A DNA stretch of 64,000 nucleotides from Geosiphon pyriformis uo1 (Eukaryota > Fungi > Glomeromycota): contig JAAOMT010000591.1 in NCBI GenBank assembly GCA_016748015.1, forward strand, positions 261,532-325,531, given 5' to 3'. The notes below the pieces were generated by a model, which saw only the letters and a program-made list of their open reading frames with translations, was not told the origin of the DNA and did no database searches. Each line of letters begins with the position of its first letter. Position 1 is the first letter of the stretch. This document shows, one piece after another, positions 52,222 through 64,000 of this stretch. The position numbers were made by a program, and so were the translations under genes.

Positions 52222-54399
52222 TCAAAATTTGGCAAGTGCACCAATTGGGTCCCAGGCTGGCAAGACTTGAGGTTTTTGTTGCAAAACATCAAGCAACTCT
52301 TTGGGTGCGTCCTTCTTTTCAAGGACTATTTGGTACACCCATTCACTAAACCAATCATCCGACATGACGAAGTAACCCTTTTGTCCACGATCTTCACCCC
52401 ATGAATTCTCAACGCGCCAGCGAACCGGTTTCCCGTTTTCCAAATTTACGCCTAACAACAATTGTTGAAAAAAAGGGTATCAACTTAATAGTTCGGTTTC
52501 TCTAGCAAAACCTCAACATCCGAGGAAAAATGATTTTGAATTCTTACCAGTAAAAACCATAGCATGTGTCATTAGACTATCGCCGTATTTTAATCTTTCG
52601 GCTTTATCCAGTTTAAACTTTACATTAAAAGCAAGTTCGTATTCGTAAACCTTATTATCGAGTATACCCAACGGGGTATTCGAGAATTTGCCTACATCAG
52701 CACCAAACCAAACCGGTTTACCAGAACGGAGAACTTGAACGGCTAATCGTTTCATTTCTTCAATTTTAATATTCACATATCGAATGGGATGACCACCTTG
52801 AATATTACCAAGATATGCCACCGTATATAAAGAAAGATATGGATTACGAGGATCATTCACCAACGAAAAAGCATCTTGGGCCTATTTTGAATTGTTTTTA
52901 GAAAAATTTTCAAGTTAACTAAAGGTCAAATAAAAAACTTATTTCTACCTTATAACCAATCATTTCCAAGAATCGCTTGGGTGTTAAACCTTCGTGGTGA
53001 TGATATTTTCCGTCTTTGTCACGGAAACTCCAATCGAACACTTTTGGAGGTTCACCCAAAGAGATTGCCAAAATACGATAGATATCTTCCATCATTTTTA
53101 CTTTGGCACTACGCAGAGAATGGCCACTTTGCCCGGAAGCGTGCATTTGTCGCAATTGATAAGCAAACTCCCGAAGTTTCGTAGTCACTAACCAGTTTAC
53201 TCGGCCGGAATTGGATGAATTATAGCTTTCAGGGAATGCCTATGGTCAGAATAATGGGAAGAATATTGTTGGAAAGATCTGTGTAATAATGAAAAGGGAA
53301 TAATTGGAATACATACCGCTTTAGGTGTGACCCCATACTTCTCCAAAAGATTAATCACCATATCCCATTGTCCGCCATCCTGGACCGGATTATAAAGCAA
53401 GTATTGAATTAAGCGAGAACCCGTCTCTTGCCCCACAAGCTCAATCATGTTCTCAAGAAAGACTAATAAGAAAAAATTTCATATTTGATATGAATGAATA
53501 AGAAATCAGTAAAAAATATAATGCCACAAGGATAGAAATCTACTAATCATAATGAAAATTCACTAACAATTAGCTTTCTCCAGTTTATCATAAAAAAATA
53601 GGAACGGTTGCGATAATTCGAACTCATCAAGATTATACCTATTAATTAAAAAATTCAAGTTAAGAATGAAGCATTTCTGAGGGAATATTTGAGTTTTTAA
53701 AAAATTAAGAGATGTAACTCCTAATTTGGTTCATATTATCAAAAGGAACTCACTTTTTCATCACGATCAATCGCATCACATTGGTAGCGGCAAATAGCCA
53801 ACACCTTCCAGAGGATTTCTGGTTGGTAGCTTTACCTTCCAACTCAATTTTTTCTGAAAAGACGTGAATGTCTTTTACAGTGACCTTTTCAAAAAAGGTA
53901 AAATTTTAAAAAATCAACCCTCATTATGTCCTGAGCAATTGAACATTTGATCCAAACCATCTTTTTCCATTATATAATTTTTATATTATATACTTACATC
54001 ACGACTTAATAAAACTTTTGTCATGTCATCGCCAGTGATAGCGTTTAATGCCAATTTGTTCTTAGGATCATCGTTAAAAATTTTCCTGAATGATGTTCAA
54101 TGGGGAAAATGACATTTGAAATTTTGATGATAAAAAGCTTATGTGTAACATGCGTGTGATAATTATATCACATGAATAACCTACGAGAACTCCGCAAGAT
54201 ATTCTTCTGTCAATGTGGCACTTATTTCTCTTTTTTCATTTTCAGCGGTTCCCTCGGTTATTCCCCAACCAAAATTGTTCTCTTGGTATTTATTATCATA
54301 ATTCGTGACTACAGAAGCTTTATTATCGTTCGATGCCCCCCTTCGGTTAGACGACGAAAATTTAAGCTTAGAACTAAGACGCGACTGTCGGTTACCCAT
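52222..54399 (-). CDS. LAP3: Bleomycin hydrolase / cysteine aminopeptidase (peptidase C1B), ~8 exons
   Basis: Spliced reading gives NQKSSGRCWLFA (catalytic Cys), DGGQWDM, MTHAMVFTG (His), VENSWG (Asn) and C-terminal WDPIGALAKF. GT-AG introns. Confidence 0.95.
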
Positions 54400-54900
54400 T
54401 ATATCTGTTCTCTTTAGTTTCAGCAAGTGTTCAATTCGGTTGGGAAAAAAATCATGGCATCGGTTGTAGGTCGAGGGTTTTTATCAAATTGTCTTCTGAA
54501 ACAGACGCGCAACGTGTGATACTCATGCAAGCCACCAATTTGTGTTCATCACTGCGTGATACTTGTCAATCAGTAGATGGAGTTAATTTCCAATAAAGTT
54601 GGATCAGAGATGCCATTTTTCTAAAAAGAAAGTTCTTTGATTCTTTTGATGAAATTGATTATCATTCTATCAATTATTTAATAGAGATCATTTGAAGGGA
54701 TATACATAATATTTACTGGACAAAAAGCAATTTCAAAAGTTGCAGCAATTGTTTGAAGCCAAAAAAAACTCTTGGTTCTTTAATTGCAAATGAAATGTTT
54801 TTTTAACAACAATTATTCTGAGATATTTGGTTTTTTCTTGGGAAACGCATACCATTCTATGAGATTCCCAAATTAGTCAGGTATGAATTATAATTTTTTA

Positions 54901-57498
54901 TTAAGCTTGTGAAGCTCCCGTAGTAATTACCTAGTAGATAGATGTTAGCGTATTTAAAGTAAAAAATCAGTTATTCCTATTAAATGAACGACGAAATCTA
55001 GAAACAAAAAATCGAAATATATTTACATCGTCAATCTTCAGAATCATTTTTACTAGTTGTGTCGCCAATAGGTATTGTTGGCGTTTTGAAATAAGCGGAT
55101 CGAAAACAAATTGCTCTTTCATATCTTGAAAAGTAAAAGTTATGAGAGAATTTTAGCTTTTTTTTTTAGAGTGTTAGATGAAATCTTTTATAAGTGTACC
55201 GTTAGATCCGGTGTTCAAGCAATCAATTCCCAGTCTATTGTTGTTTTCTGTCACCTGACGAGATTTAATATTAGAGAGGGTTTCAATTGGTGATAAACCC
55301 GAATTTTCTGCCAAAGCTAAAGGCGTTGCGTCTAAAGCGTTCGCAAAAGCGCGCATGGCGTATTGTTCAATTGTTGATATCTATTAAAAAAAAAATTTTT
55401 TATGTCAATTTTTGAATTCCTCCATTTCCAAATTTCTATTTGATATTACCTGTCCGGCAGCCTTAGAGACAGCCAATGAGCAACTGATTTCAGCCGCCCC
55501 ACCACCATATACCACACGATTATCTCTGATAAGATTACGTACGACACAAAGAGCATCATGAATTGCTCTTTTAGCTTCGTCAATAATCTAAAGTGGATGA
55601 CTTGAGATAGGTTTGGGAAAATCTTGATTTATATCATAAAATATTTTAATGCCAACCATTTTGTTAGTGCCTCTCACAAATACTGTCACTGCTCGTGTAT
55701 TTGAGCATTCTTCGATCACAAGCATGCGATCCTTTGTAGTTCCAAAAGAGATTTCTCGCACAAGACCAGCTGCACCCAGTTTTTCGGGTCGAAGGTCTTC
55801 AAAACGTGGAACGATCCGGCCATTTGTAGCAATAGCTATTAGCTAAAGTATTGTGATCAATGAATTTTCATACGTCTTATTAGCAGCAATCTATTAACTT
55901 AAACTTTAAAAAGATAGCCAGGCTTTCAATACTTACTTCAATCTCAGGCCCACCAACCCAGCGAACTGCCGGTAGTTGATTTTGCATTAACAAATGATTC
56001 GCTTCGTCATCAAATCCCCATTGGCAGATAACCAGATTCGCACCAGTATCTTTAACTCGTTTTATCATTTCTTCAAACTTTTCCCGTTCATATGTTTGTA
56101 ATTTTTTATACTCTTCAACGGAGGTAATGTCCAATTTATGTTTTGTCTTCGGTTTCGGAGGTTCAAAAGGACATGTCAAAATGGCAATTTTGGCATTGCG
56201 AATTTCTCGAGGCATTTGTGGGTGTGACATGTCCTTATCAACGATTACCCCTTGGACTAAGACGGTGTCAACGAGTGATCCTCCAACCTTTCCATCAACC
56301 TTTATCAGTTCAAAATCAACATCTTTACGTTCAAAGTCGGCGACTGAGAGCACAGCATCGACTGCGATTTGAGCAAATTGTTCATGATGCTTGGAAACAC
56401 TAAATGGGGATGATTTTGATTTTTGATATACGTTCCAATTAAAATGAAGGCAATAACAATGAGAATATGTACAACTTACATTTTGCTGCTGAGACTCGTT
56501 ATAGCTGTCTTAAATAAATTATCTGTATTTTCCTTTGTGAAATCTACCACATCTGAGATGGTATCCAAATGATCTACGGCAACTTTGCATGCCCTTTCAA
56601 AACCATCAGCTATTCGAATTGGATGTATGCCTCTATTCAAAAGATTTTCACTTTGTTCAAGAAGAGCTCCAGCCAGAACTTGGTTTTATAATCAGAACAA
56701 GAAAATTTATTCATTGATGTCAATAGAATATTGTGAACATTGGATAGGAAATTTTGGGCCATGCTGAAATTTAAACATTACAAACCAACAACACCGGTAG
56801 TTCCGTCCCCAATTTCATCATCTTGTGATTTTGATAATTGTACTAATAGCTTCGCAATCTGATGCTCTACTTCCATTTGACTTAAAATAGTAGCACCATC
56901 ATTAGTCACAGTAATATCGCCATCGGGAGAAATCAAGATCTTGTCAAGACCTTTGTAAACCAAAGGTAAAGTTCATAGATCAGAAAATTGTCCGTTAATT
57001 TTTTTTCAAGTAATAAAGAAGGATTCGGAGCATATGTTATAATTAAGGAAAACAAGATAGAATTAATCATTAGATTATAGGGTTGGTTAAGCATCAGAAG
57101 TATGATAGCTTTTCAGACTACTACGACTTTTCTATGAATTAAAAGATTCAGTACAATTTCTGACGAACCCCTTGGACCCAATGATGTTTTGATTATGTTG
57201 GCGACAGTCTTGGCAGCTAAAATGTGAGACTAGAACGAGATTAAAGTTGAGTGAATATAATAGGTTTTGTATCAGAAAGAAAAGTAGAATAAGGGAAACC
57301 CAAAGAATTCTTATTTTAAAAAACATTCTTCTTTTCAAACAGGTAAACTTGATCATGCCATTGAAAACTGAGATTCAATCAACCTACCTTAATGGCCTCA
57401 GCGCCGCTCAACCTGCTTTTGTTTTGCTGTTCACGAAGTATGATGAAAGGCCGACCATATTCGTCGGTCGCGTACATAGCACTCATATTAGGATTCAT
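54901..57498 (-). CDS. CCT5: T-complex protein 1 subunit epsilon (CCT/TRiC), multi-exon
   Basis: [77 protein letters not shown]. Final exon VITTGASQA*. Confidence 0.97.
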
Positions 57499-57810
57499 CT
57501 TAAGCTACAGATTCTATCGGGAAGAAAGCTCCACAGGAATTGGCTAAAATTTTAAAAAATCAAAGTATTTTTTGAACCAGATTGATGTACTACAATAGAA
57601 ATTGGAAGGCTAAATTCGTGGATCCTGGATTCAAATTAAATTCATACATTCAAATGTTAATAGTCTAAATTACATATCATTAAGAGTTTGGGTCTTTAAA
57701 ATTTTGAATTTCCATTACTATTCTCCTAAATCTAAAATAAAGTATATTGAACTTGAAGAAGATTCATTCTTTGTAACTTTTCACCTTATTTCTCTATTGT
57801 TTCATTTATT

Positions 57811-59433
57811 TTACTGCTTTCTCGTCTTGCTAATAGAAAAAACCGTAACACATCCAATAACAATAACAGCACTCCATCCTTTCCAAATATTAAAACATTG
57901 TCCAGAATCTATATCACAAAATAAAAAATGACTCATTGCAAAAACTACAACAGCTCTTACCGAATTCAACAAACCAGTTGAAACATTTCCCGTAGACTTA
58001 ACCAACGAATAATAGGAAAAGTTATGCACAAATGAGGCCAAAACTAATAATAAATAAATAATGATAATTACCTTACCACCGATATCGGATTTTTTCTCGA
58101 TAATTTCATTTGTTACAAGTGAATCCCAATGGGGGAATGTGTATATGGTGAGATAAATTAAACAAATGAAACTGCCATAACAACCAACTAAAAAACATGT
58201 TGTAACTGGCGATGGCGGGTTATTATTAGAATCTTTGGTCGAAAGAATCATATCGGAAACTACGTAAACGCATGCATATCCGAATGTCGCAACGCAGGTC
58301 AATATCATTCCAAACATTGTCGTTGATATTGTAAAGGAATGAAGTAATGCAGGACCACTTCCACTTATTGTTGGCGGTGGTGCTTTAATTTCATCGCTCT
58401 GTTCGATACCGAGTGCACTAATCGCTAAGCCAAATGATACCCCAATAATACAAACCCATTGGACCAATGAAAGTGATCGTCGAAGAAATACGAAAGAGAG
58501 AACTGCACACCATACTACAACGGAACTGTATATTACTTGATACATCTACAATAAAATATATCATTTAAAAATGTAAATTACATAAAATAAGAAACAATAA
58601 AAGAGTTCCTAAAAATTTTTATAATAATAATACTCACACCACTACCGATATAAAAGAACCCAATCGTTAATAAAAAGCTGGCACTAACATCCAAAATTGA
58701 TGCACCAATTACTTTTTTATGCTTGATCAGTGGTTCGCCACTTGATTTTGGAATTGAACAGTCAACTACAGTTATTTGGTCTGCAATAACATCCTCATCA
58801 TTTTCTTCGGGAATGTGATCAGGTACCAAACGGTAATCATCCATTTTTTTTGAAGCGCTCTAAAGAAATATAAAAACAAGTTTATTATCATATTCCAACA
58901 AATTATCTATGTCAAAAAATTACCCGAATGGAAATCAGATCAATTTCAGTATTAGCCGTTCCATCCATAACTACTTTATCAATCGCTGTCAAAGTACACC
59001 ATTGACAAGGGATCAGGAATAAACCAACCAGTGCCATCCCTATATAGGAGGCAGTATTGGTAAGAAGGCTAAAAAAATAAAAATAAAAAGTTAATGGGAA
59101 TTAATTTTCATTCGCGAACAATCAAAATTTCGTACTATTTCATGTTTTAAATACGCTTTCCAATTTTAACTAAAGAAAACTGAACCTTAGAAATTAATAT
59201 CATCAAAAATATTTGTACCTAATTCCAGCTAAGAATAAGTAGAAAATGAAAAAAGGAGGTTACTTGAGCAAACTCAACTTTTAGATGAAGAGAGAGCCAA
59301 AGAACGTATACTAACTAGCAGCGCCTTGATAGTATAAGTATTGTGTTCCCATTGTTTGAAATAGACCTGAAAAGAGAAATAATCCCTGTTGAAATACAAT
59401 GGCTTGTAAGGAAGGTGGTCTCGTCACCGTCAT
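57811..59433 (-). CDS. DMT-superfamily (SLC35/EamA-like) multi-pass membrane transporter, ~4 exons
   Basis: Exon 1 MTVTRPPSLQAIVFQQGLFLFSGLFQTMGTQYLYYQGAA. GSG-MYQVIYSSVVVWCAVLSFVFLRRSLSLVQW and STGLLNSVRAVVVF are typical SLC35F-like helices. About 10 hydrophobic segments. Confidence 0.8.
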
Positions 59434-59626
59434 TTTAACGGTTTTAAGAAATAAATGTTGAGGGAACCTTTTAGTCGAGCTCTAAACTGATTTAAAAATC
59501 ATTAGGATGGAAGGTAGCTTATGTAATCTAAGTACATTACTACTAATATACCTAACTTGAAATTCCAAATTTAGCTATTAAATACACACTTCCTTCGTTC
59601 TCATAATATTTCCAACCGAGAAAGAA

Positions 59627-62600
59627 ATGAATCTCGTTGCACGACTTGAAAGTATACTTTCTATAGGAGAAAAAGAAAGTCGGGAAGCAGAAGTTGACTT
59701 CCTATTTCAACAAATCAATGGGCTTGAGGATAAAGACCCATTAATCGAGAAATTTCTTGATCATATTTGGGTTAAAGATGTTGAGATTCAAGATTTTAAA
59801 GACGATGTTACTCTTCCAAGTAGTGGAGTGATCGTCAGCGCTTATAAAGAAAGGATAAGTAGTATAGTTAAAAGAATATCTGTAAGTGTCCTCCTCTACC
59901 TTTTGGTTATGCTTGATCACGCAAAGTTTGAAATTTCTATGGAGAAATAGTTACAACATTTTGAGAGGTTTTGCTTTGGATTCAGCAAAATAAAGGAAAT
60001 TGTGTCCGCATTTCGTTATCCTTTCTATTTTATGGTGATTAATTATCCTTTCTCCCTTTTTTCCAGGAAAAAAAATATATTGATTCTCGCCTTCTAAAGG
60101 CGCGGCTTGAAATACCCCTGCTTTTTCGCGCTGGGCTGGTAACCTCGTTTTTTGAAAAAAAGGCAGTAAGGATGAACACCTCTATGATGTAAGTTGGAAG
60201 CTTTCCAGCCAGCCAACTATCCATCGAGCAGTCTGTCGTTGAATCGGCGACATCCTTTGAACAGTGCATCTCCTCGATCAGTACCATGCGGCAATTATAT
60301 TATACTCAAAAATTTTACTTCCATCAATGAATTTTCCCAAAATTTTATCTAAAAGTTACTGCGCATTCCTAACTTATAAGGTATCGGCAACATAAATTCA
60401 ATCTTCTACACGAAGAATCCGAAGGCTTCGCTAAGGTGATTTATGACTTATCTACCCTGGTCGATCCCAAATATGCCGAAGAGGATCAAGTCTCCCAAAA
60501 ATCTCGTGCGGTTAATCTCATGGGCCGCCTACGCTCATACATAGGATACTTCAGTCTTGACCCAAATCGTGTCTTGGATTTAGTTTTGGATGCTTTTATT
60601 GCGAATGTAAAAACCTCCCACGAACTCTTTATTACTCTTCTGAAGGTTTCACCATGGTCCCCGGATCCAGATCGCGATCTCGACATGCATTATCAGTCAG
60701 AAATACCAATAGAGGAAAATCAAGGTATTACTAGCGATGTTGTAATGCAAGACGTCGCTCATGATCGATTAAACGATGCGTCTTCTGGAGATATTCAAAT
60801 AAATTCTGGTACCGATGATAACGTGGAAATGAATGAGGCTACCAATGATCTTGGTGAAATGCAAATCGCCGTCCAACCTTTAATTAGTCAAGACTCGATC
60901 AGGATTGATTCCCAGCCAAAGAACCAAAAGGAATTATCCTTTGAACCTAGTCGTCTCGGAAACCGCTTCATTGGACAGCTGTTAGGTGAACGGTACCGTC
61001 GACATTTCTCAGGAAACGAAATTCTTGAGGATGAAAATTTGGAACTTTTGAACATTACCACTGCCATCCTTATACATGAAGAAATCGTATGCATGCTTGA
61101 TGTTATCACGTACCTTCAAAATCACGCCAAGGCAGAATACCACTTGGATGAATTAGCGAAAGGCCTTTTGGAAATTGGGGATTTCCAAAATGCGAGATAT
61201 CTCATTTATCAAATGGATTTTGAAAACCTTGGCGATGGTATCTTGGATCGCCTTCGTTCCATATTTGACGAGGCCTCCGCACCAATTTATGCTGTAAACT
61301 GTGTCACCGGACTTCGTAAAACAACACTTCCGACCCATACACATTTTTACAGACCAAGAGCAGATATTATTCCCAAATTTCAGACACTTGACGAACTCAA
61401 AAACTGTGATGGGGAAGGCTTTGAGCTCATGATGTTAATCGGGCATGGATTTGCTCGGGATGTCAGATCATTGACGAAACTTGTACGATTGGCTTTAGCC
61501 GATCTTGAAAAGGTATTTTATGAAACTTTCAATCTCCTGCTCATTAGTTATGTGAAATGTCGAAAATATTAATCTAGAATGACTTGCTTGTGGAAACTCT
61601 TTCTGAATAAACATGGTTTTGACAGTCAAAGCTGAAGCAAGGCGCACCTCACACGAAGGAACAAGTTCAAACTTGGCTTGATGCCGAGATTAGTTGGATC
61701 AAAGTAATACGAAAGTCTCTTCTGCCTAGTCTTTCGCTATCCCAAACAAACCCTTCTCTGGTTAACGAAGTTTGGGCTGTTTTGAAAAAATTAACTTATG
61801 AAAGAAGGCATTTTTAATATTAAATTTTCTTGATTATCTCTTTTTGGTGATATATTCAGTCAAATTGATTTTTCAAATATCATTTATCATAACAGATTCG
61901 GTTTATATCAAGCCTGGCGAAAACATTCTTTTGCTCCCAATTCCATTCTCAAGCCGGGTGTTGAGAAAGCGCAAGAAGCGGTGGATCCCATCGTACGCCG
62001 TGCCACCAAAGAAAACGCTAAAGAATATTCTCGACCCTTAGGAAAAGCTTCCCATCAAAATCCTATCGTTGTCTCGATGACAATGATTCATTGGGCCAAG
62101 ATGCATGACAATATGATAACCGTTGTGGTTGACATGTGCAAGCACATGTCCGAATTATCGTTCGACGTTGCCACCTATTTAATCCTCGATGCCTTGTCAG
62201 ATAATAAGGACCCGGGTAAAAAGATGAAAGACGATGGCGTAAACTGGAAAGATTGGATTACCAGTAAGTACCATCTTGAACTCTGTTTAACATTCTAATA
62301 TGCTAATTTTGAAACCGCAAATTACTAGATCTTTCCAAGTTTTGCGGGCACATGTGTAAAAAATATGATGGAATGTGTATGGAGGCGATTTTGAGTTACA
62401 TTGATTTGTCTCTCTCCCGACCCGGCCAATCCCACGATCTTGTTGTTATAGCACAACTTGTGGAAATAATGAGTGGGATCTCTCCTCTCGGCGCACTCTC
62501 CGCCACTGATGTATCCGTCATTGGTGCCAGTGAAACTTGCCGTAAAGAACAACTGTATAAGTTTAGTGAAAAACTTAATATGCGTAAAAGCACTCGTAGA

Positions 62601-64000
62601 CTTGTAGATGCCTTGAGAAAGACCAATTTGGCTTTCCCGTTGGTAAAGCTGCTGGCTGTTATTAAATATTTTCATTCCTACAAAGATCAATCATACTCTC
62701 ATATCAAACTCATGACGAATAATGTTGACAGAGTAAGATATACAACTATATTTCATACTCAACGTTTTTTCTTAATCTTTTGAATAACAAATTTTCTCGT
62801 ATCAACATTTTAGTGTCAATCAATCTTTGTGCAATACTGCGAATTTCTTTCCTATCATTTACCAACTACCGAAAAGTTTCCAAGATTCGATGAACTTCGA
62901 ATCAATCTTGGACTTGAACCAGAAGCGGCGTTTCGAATTCTAAGGAAGCATCTAGGTGATATGATCTCCAAGTCGGCGAATAATAAAGAAACTTCCATGA
63001 TTTGGCAACCGGGACTCCTTAAAACAATTGAACAAGTCAAGCAAACTCTCAAACCTTCTGTATGGGAGAAGATAAGCCCCGAGTTTTATACTACTTTCTG
63101 GCAATTGCAGTTATATGATATTAACTACCCAAAGACTGGATACCAAGACCTTCTTTCAGAGGTTACCAAACAGCTTGAAGAGGAGGAACAAAACAGGAAA
63201 AATAATAAAAAAGTCAAAAAGGATAAAGAAAAGGCCTTAAAGTCAACCTATCAGAAAGTGGAGGAGGAACTTAAAGATCATGAAGCCCATGTAAATCAGG
63301 TTAAACGTCGTCTTCTTATTGAAAAAGACCACTGGTTTTCAACCCTTCCCGCGGAAAGAAAAGAAATTGTTAATGCAATATGGCAACATTGCCTATTTCC
63401 TCGTTTATATTCCTCCGCCGAAGACGCACTGTTTTGTGCCAAATTCATAGAATCTATGCACGAGATTGGCACGGCCAATTTTTCCACATTGACACTATAT
63501 GATCAAATCTTCGCCGAGTCTGTTCAAATAATCCTTTTCTCGCTCACCGACCAAGAAACTCGTCACTATGGCCGTTTTTTGAACACTATTCTGGATTTTT
63601 TGTCAAAATTACATAGCGATCAGTCAGCATTTGTAGAAAGCGGTCAAGGTGAGAAGGGTCTTCCCGGATTTATAATGAAATGGCCAACTCAGAATCGACA
63701 GGCGTTTAATGTCTCCAAGTCTGACCTCATCAACTATCAAGAGTTTCGAGAGGTTTTCCATAAGTGGCATTGCAAGCTTCGCACTGCGTTTATCGCTAGT
63801 CTCAACTCGACTTATTACAATGAGCATCGTAATGCTTTGATCGCACTTAGCTGCATCAGTAAATATTTCCCCGCAGTTTCCACACATGGGGAATCTTTAC
63901 AAAAAGCAGTGGGTCACTTAATTGATACTACTGGTCTAGATGAAATCAGACTTTTGGCCACCAGCTATTCCGGAATCTTGGGTAAAAAAACCAAAACATG
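59627..64000 (+). CDS. THO2: THO complex subunit 2, 3'-incomplete; start codon uncertain
   Basis: RMNT.M-YRQHKFNLLHEESEGFAK, IGYFSLDPNRVLDLVLDAF, LGKASHQNP, FDVATYLILDAL, MKDDGVN, ISPEFYTTFWQLQLYDI, QHCLFPR, DALFCAKFI, T.NFSTL.LYD. The last exon from 62814 stays open to the window end. Confidence 0.95.

Overview
Eukaryotic, intron-rich fungal DNA. The TE families and gene style suggest an early-diverging fungus, probably Glomeromycotina and possibly Geosiphon-like; this is inference. The window has two compartments. (1) 1-~51,690 is a CpG-depleted nest of dead retroelements. It holds four near-full-length LINEs (ORF1 with CCHC knuckle; ORF2 APE-RT-RNase H-Zn finger) and one very AT-eroded LINE. 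It also holds a complete 10.3-kb Ty3/Gypsy element (25125-35439, 4-bp TSD) inserted in a LINE RT, two older Gypsy relics and three solo LTRs. The complete element carries a Cys-rich region, a dUTPase and an extra ORF after integrase. Target-site duplications let the nesting order be reconstructed. (2) ~51,700-64,000 is a CpG-retaining gene block: bleomycin hydrolase (-), CCT5 (-), a DMT/SLC35-type transporter (-) and THO2 (+, runs off the end). The most notable signals are conserved cis-acting RNA elements: anti-PBS sequences on both sides of the Gypsy primer-binding site in two families, a pseudoknot-like LINE 3' UTR, a LINE 5' hairpin and stop-start ORF1/ORF2 overlaps. The unusual Gypsy domain content and an age-graded C>T/G>A erosion confined to repeats are also notable. 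All alignments were done by eye.
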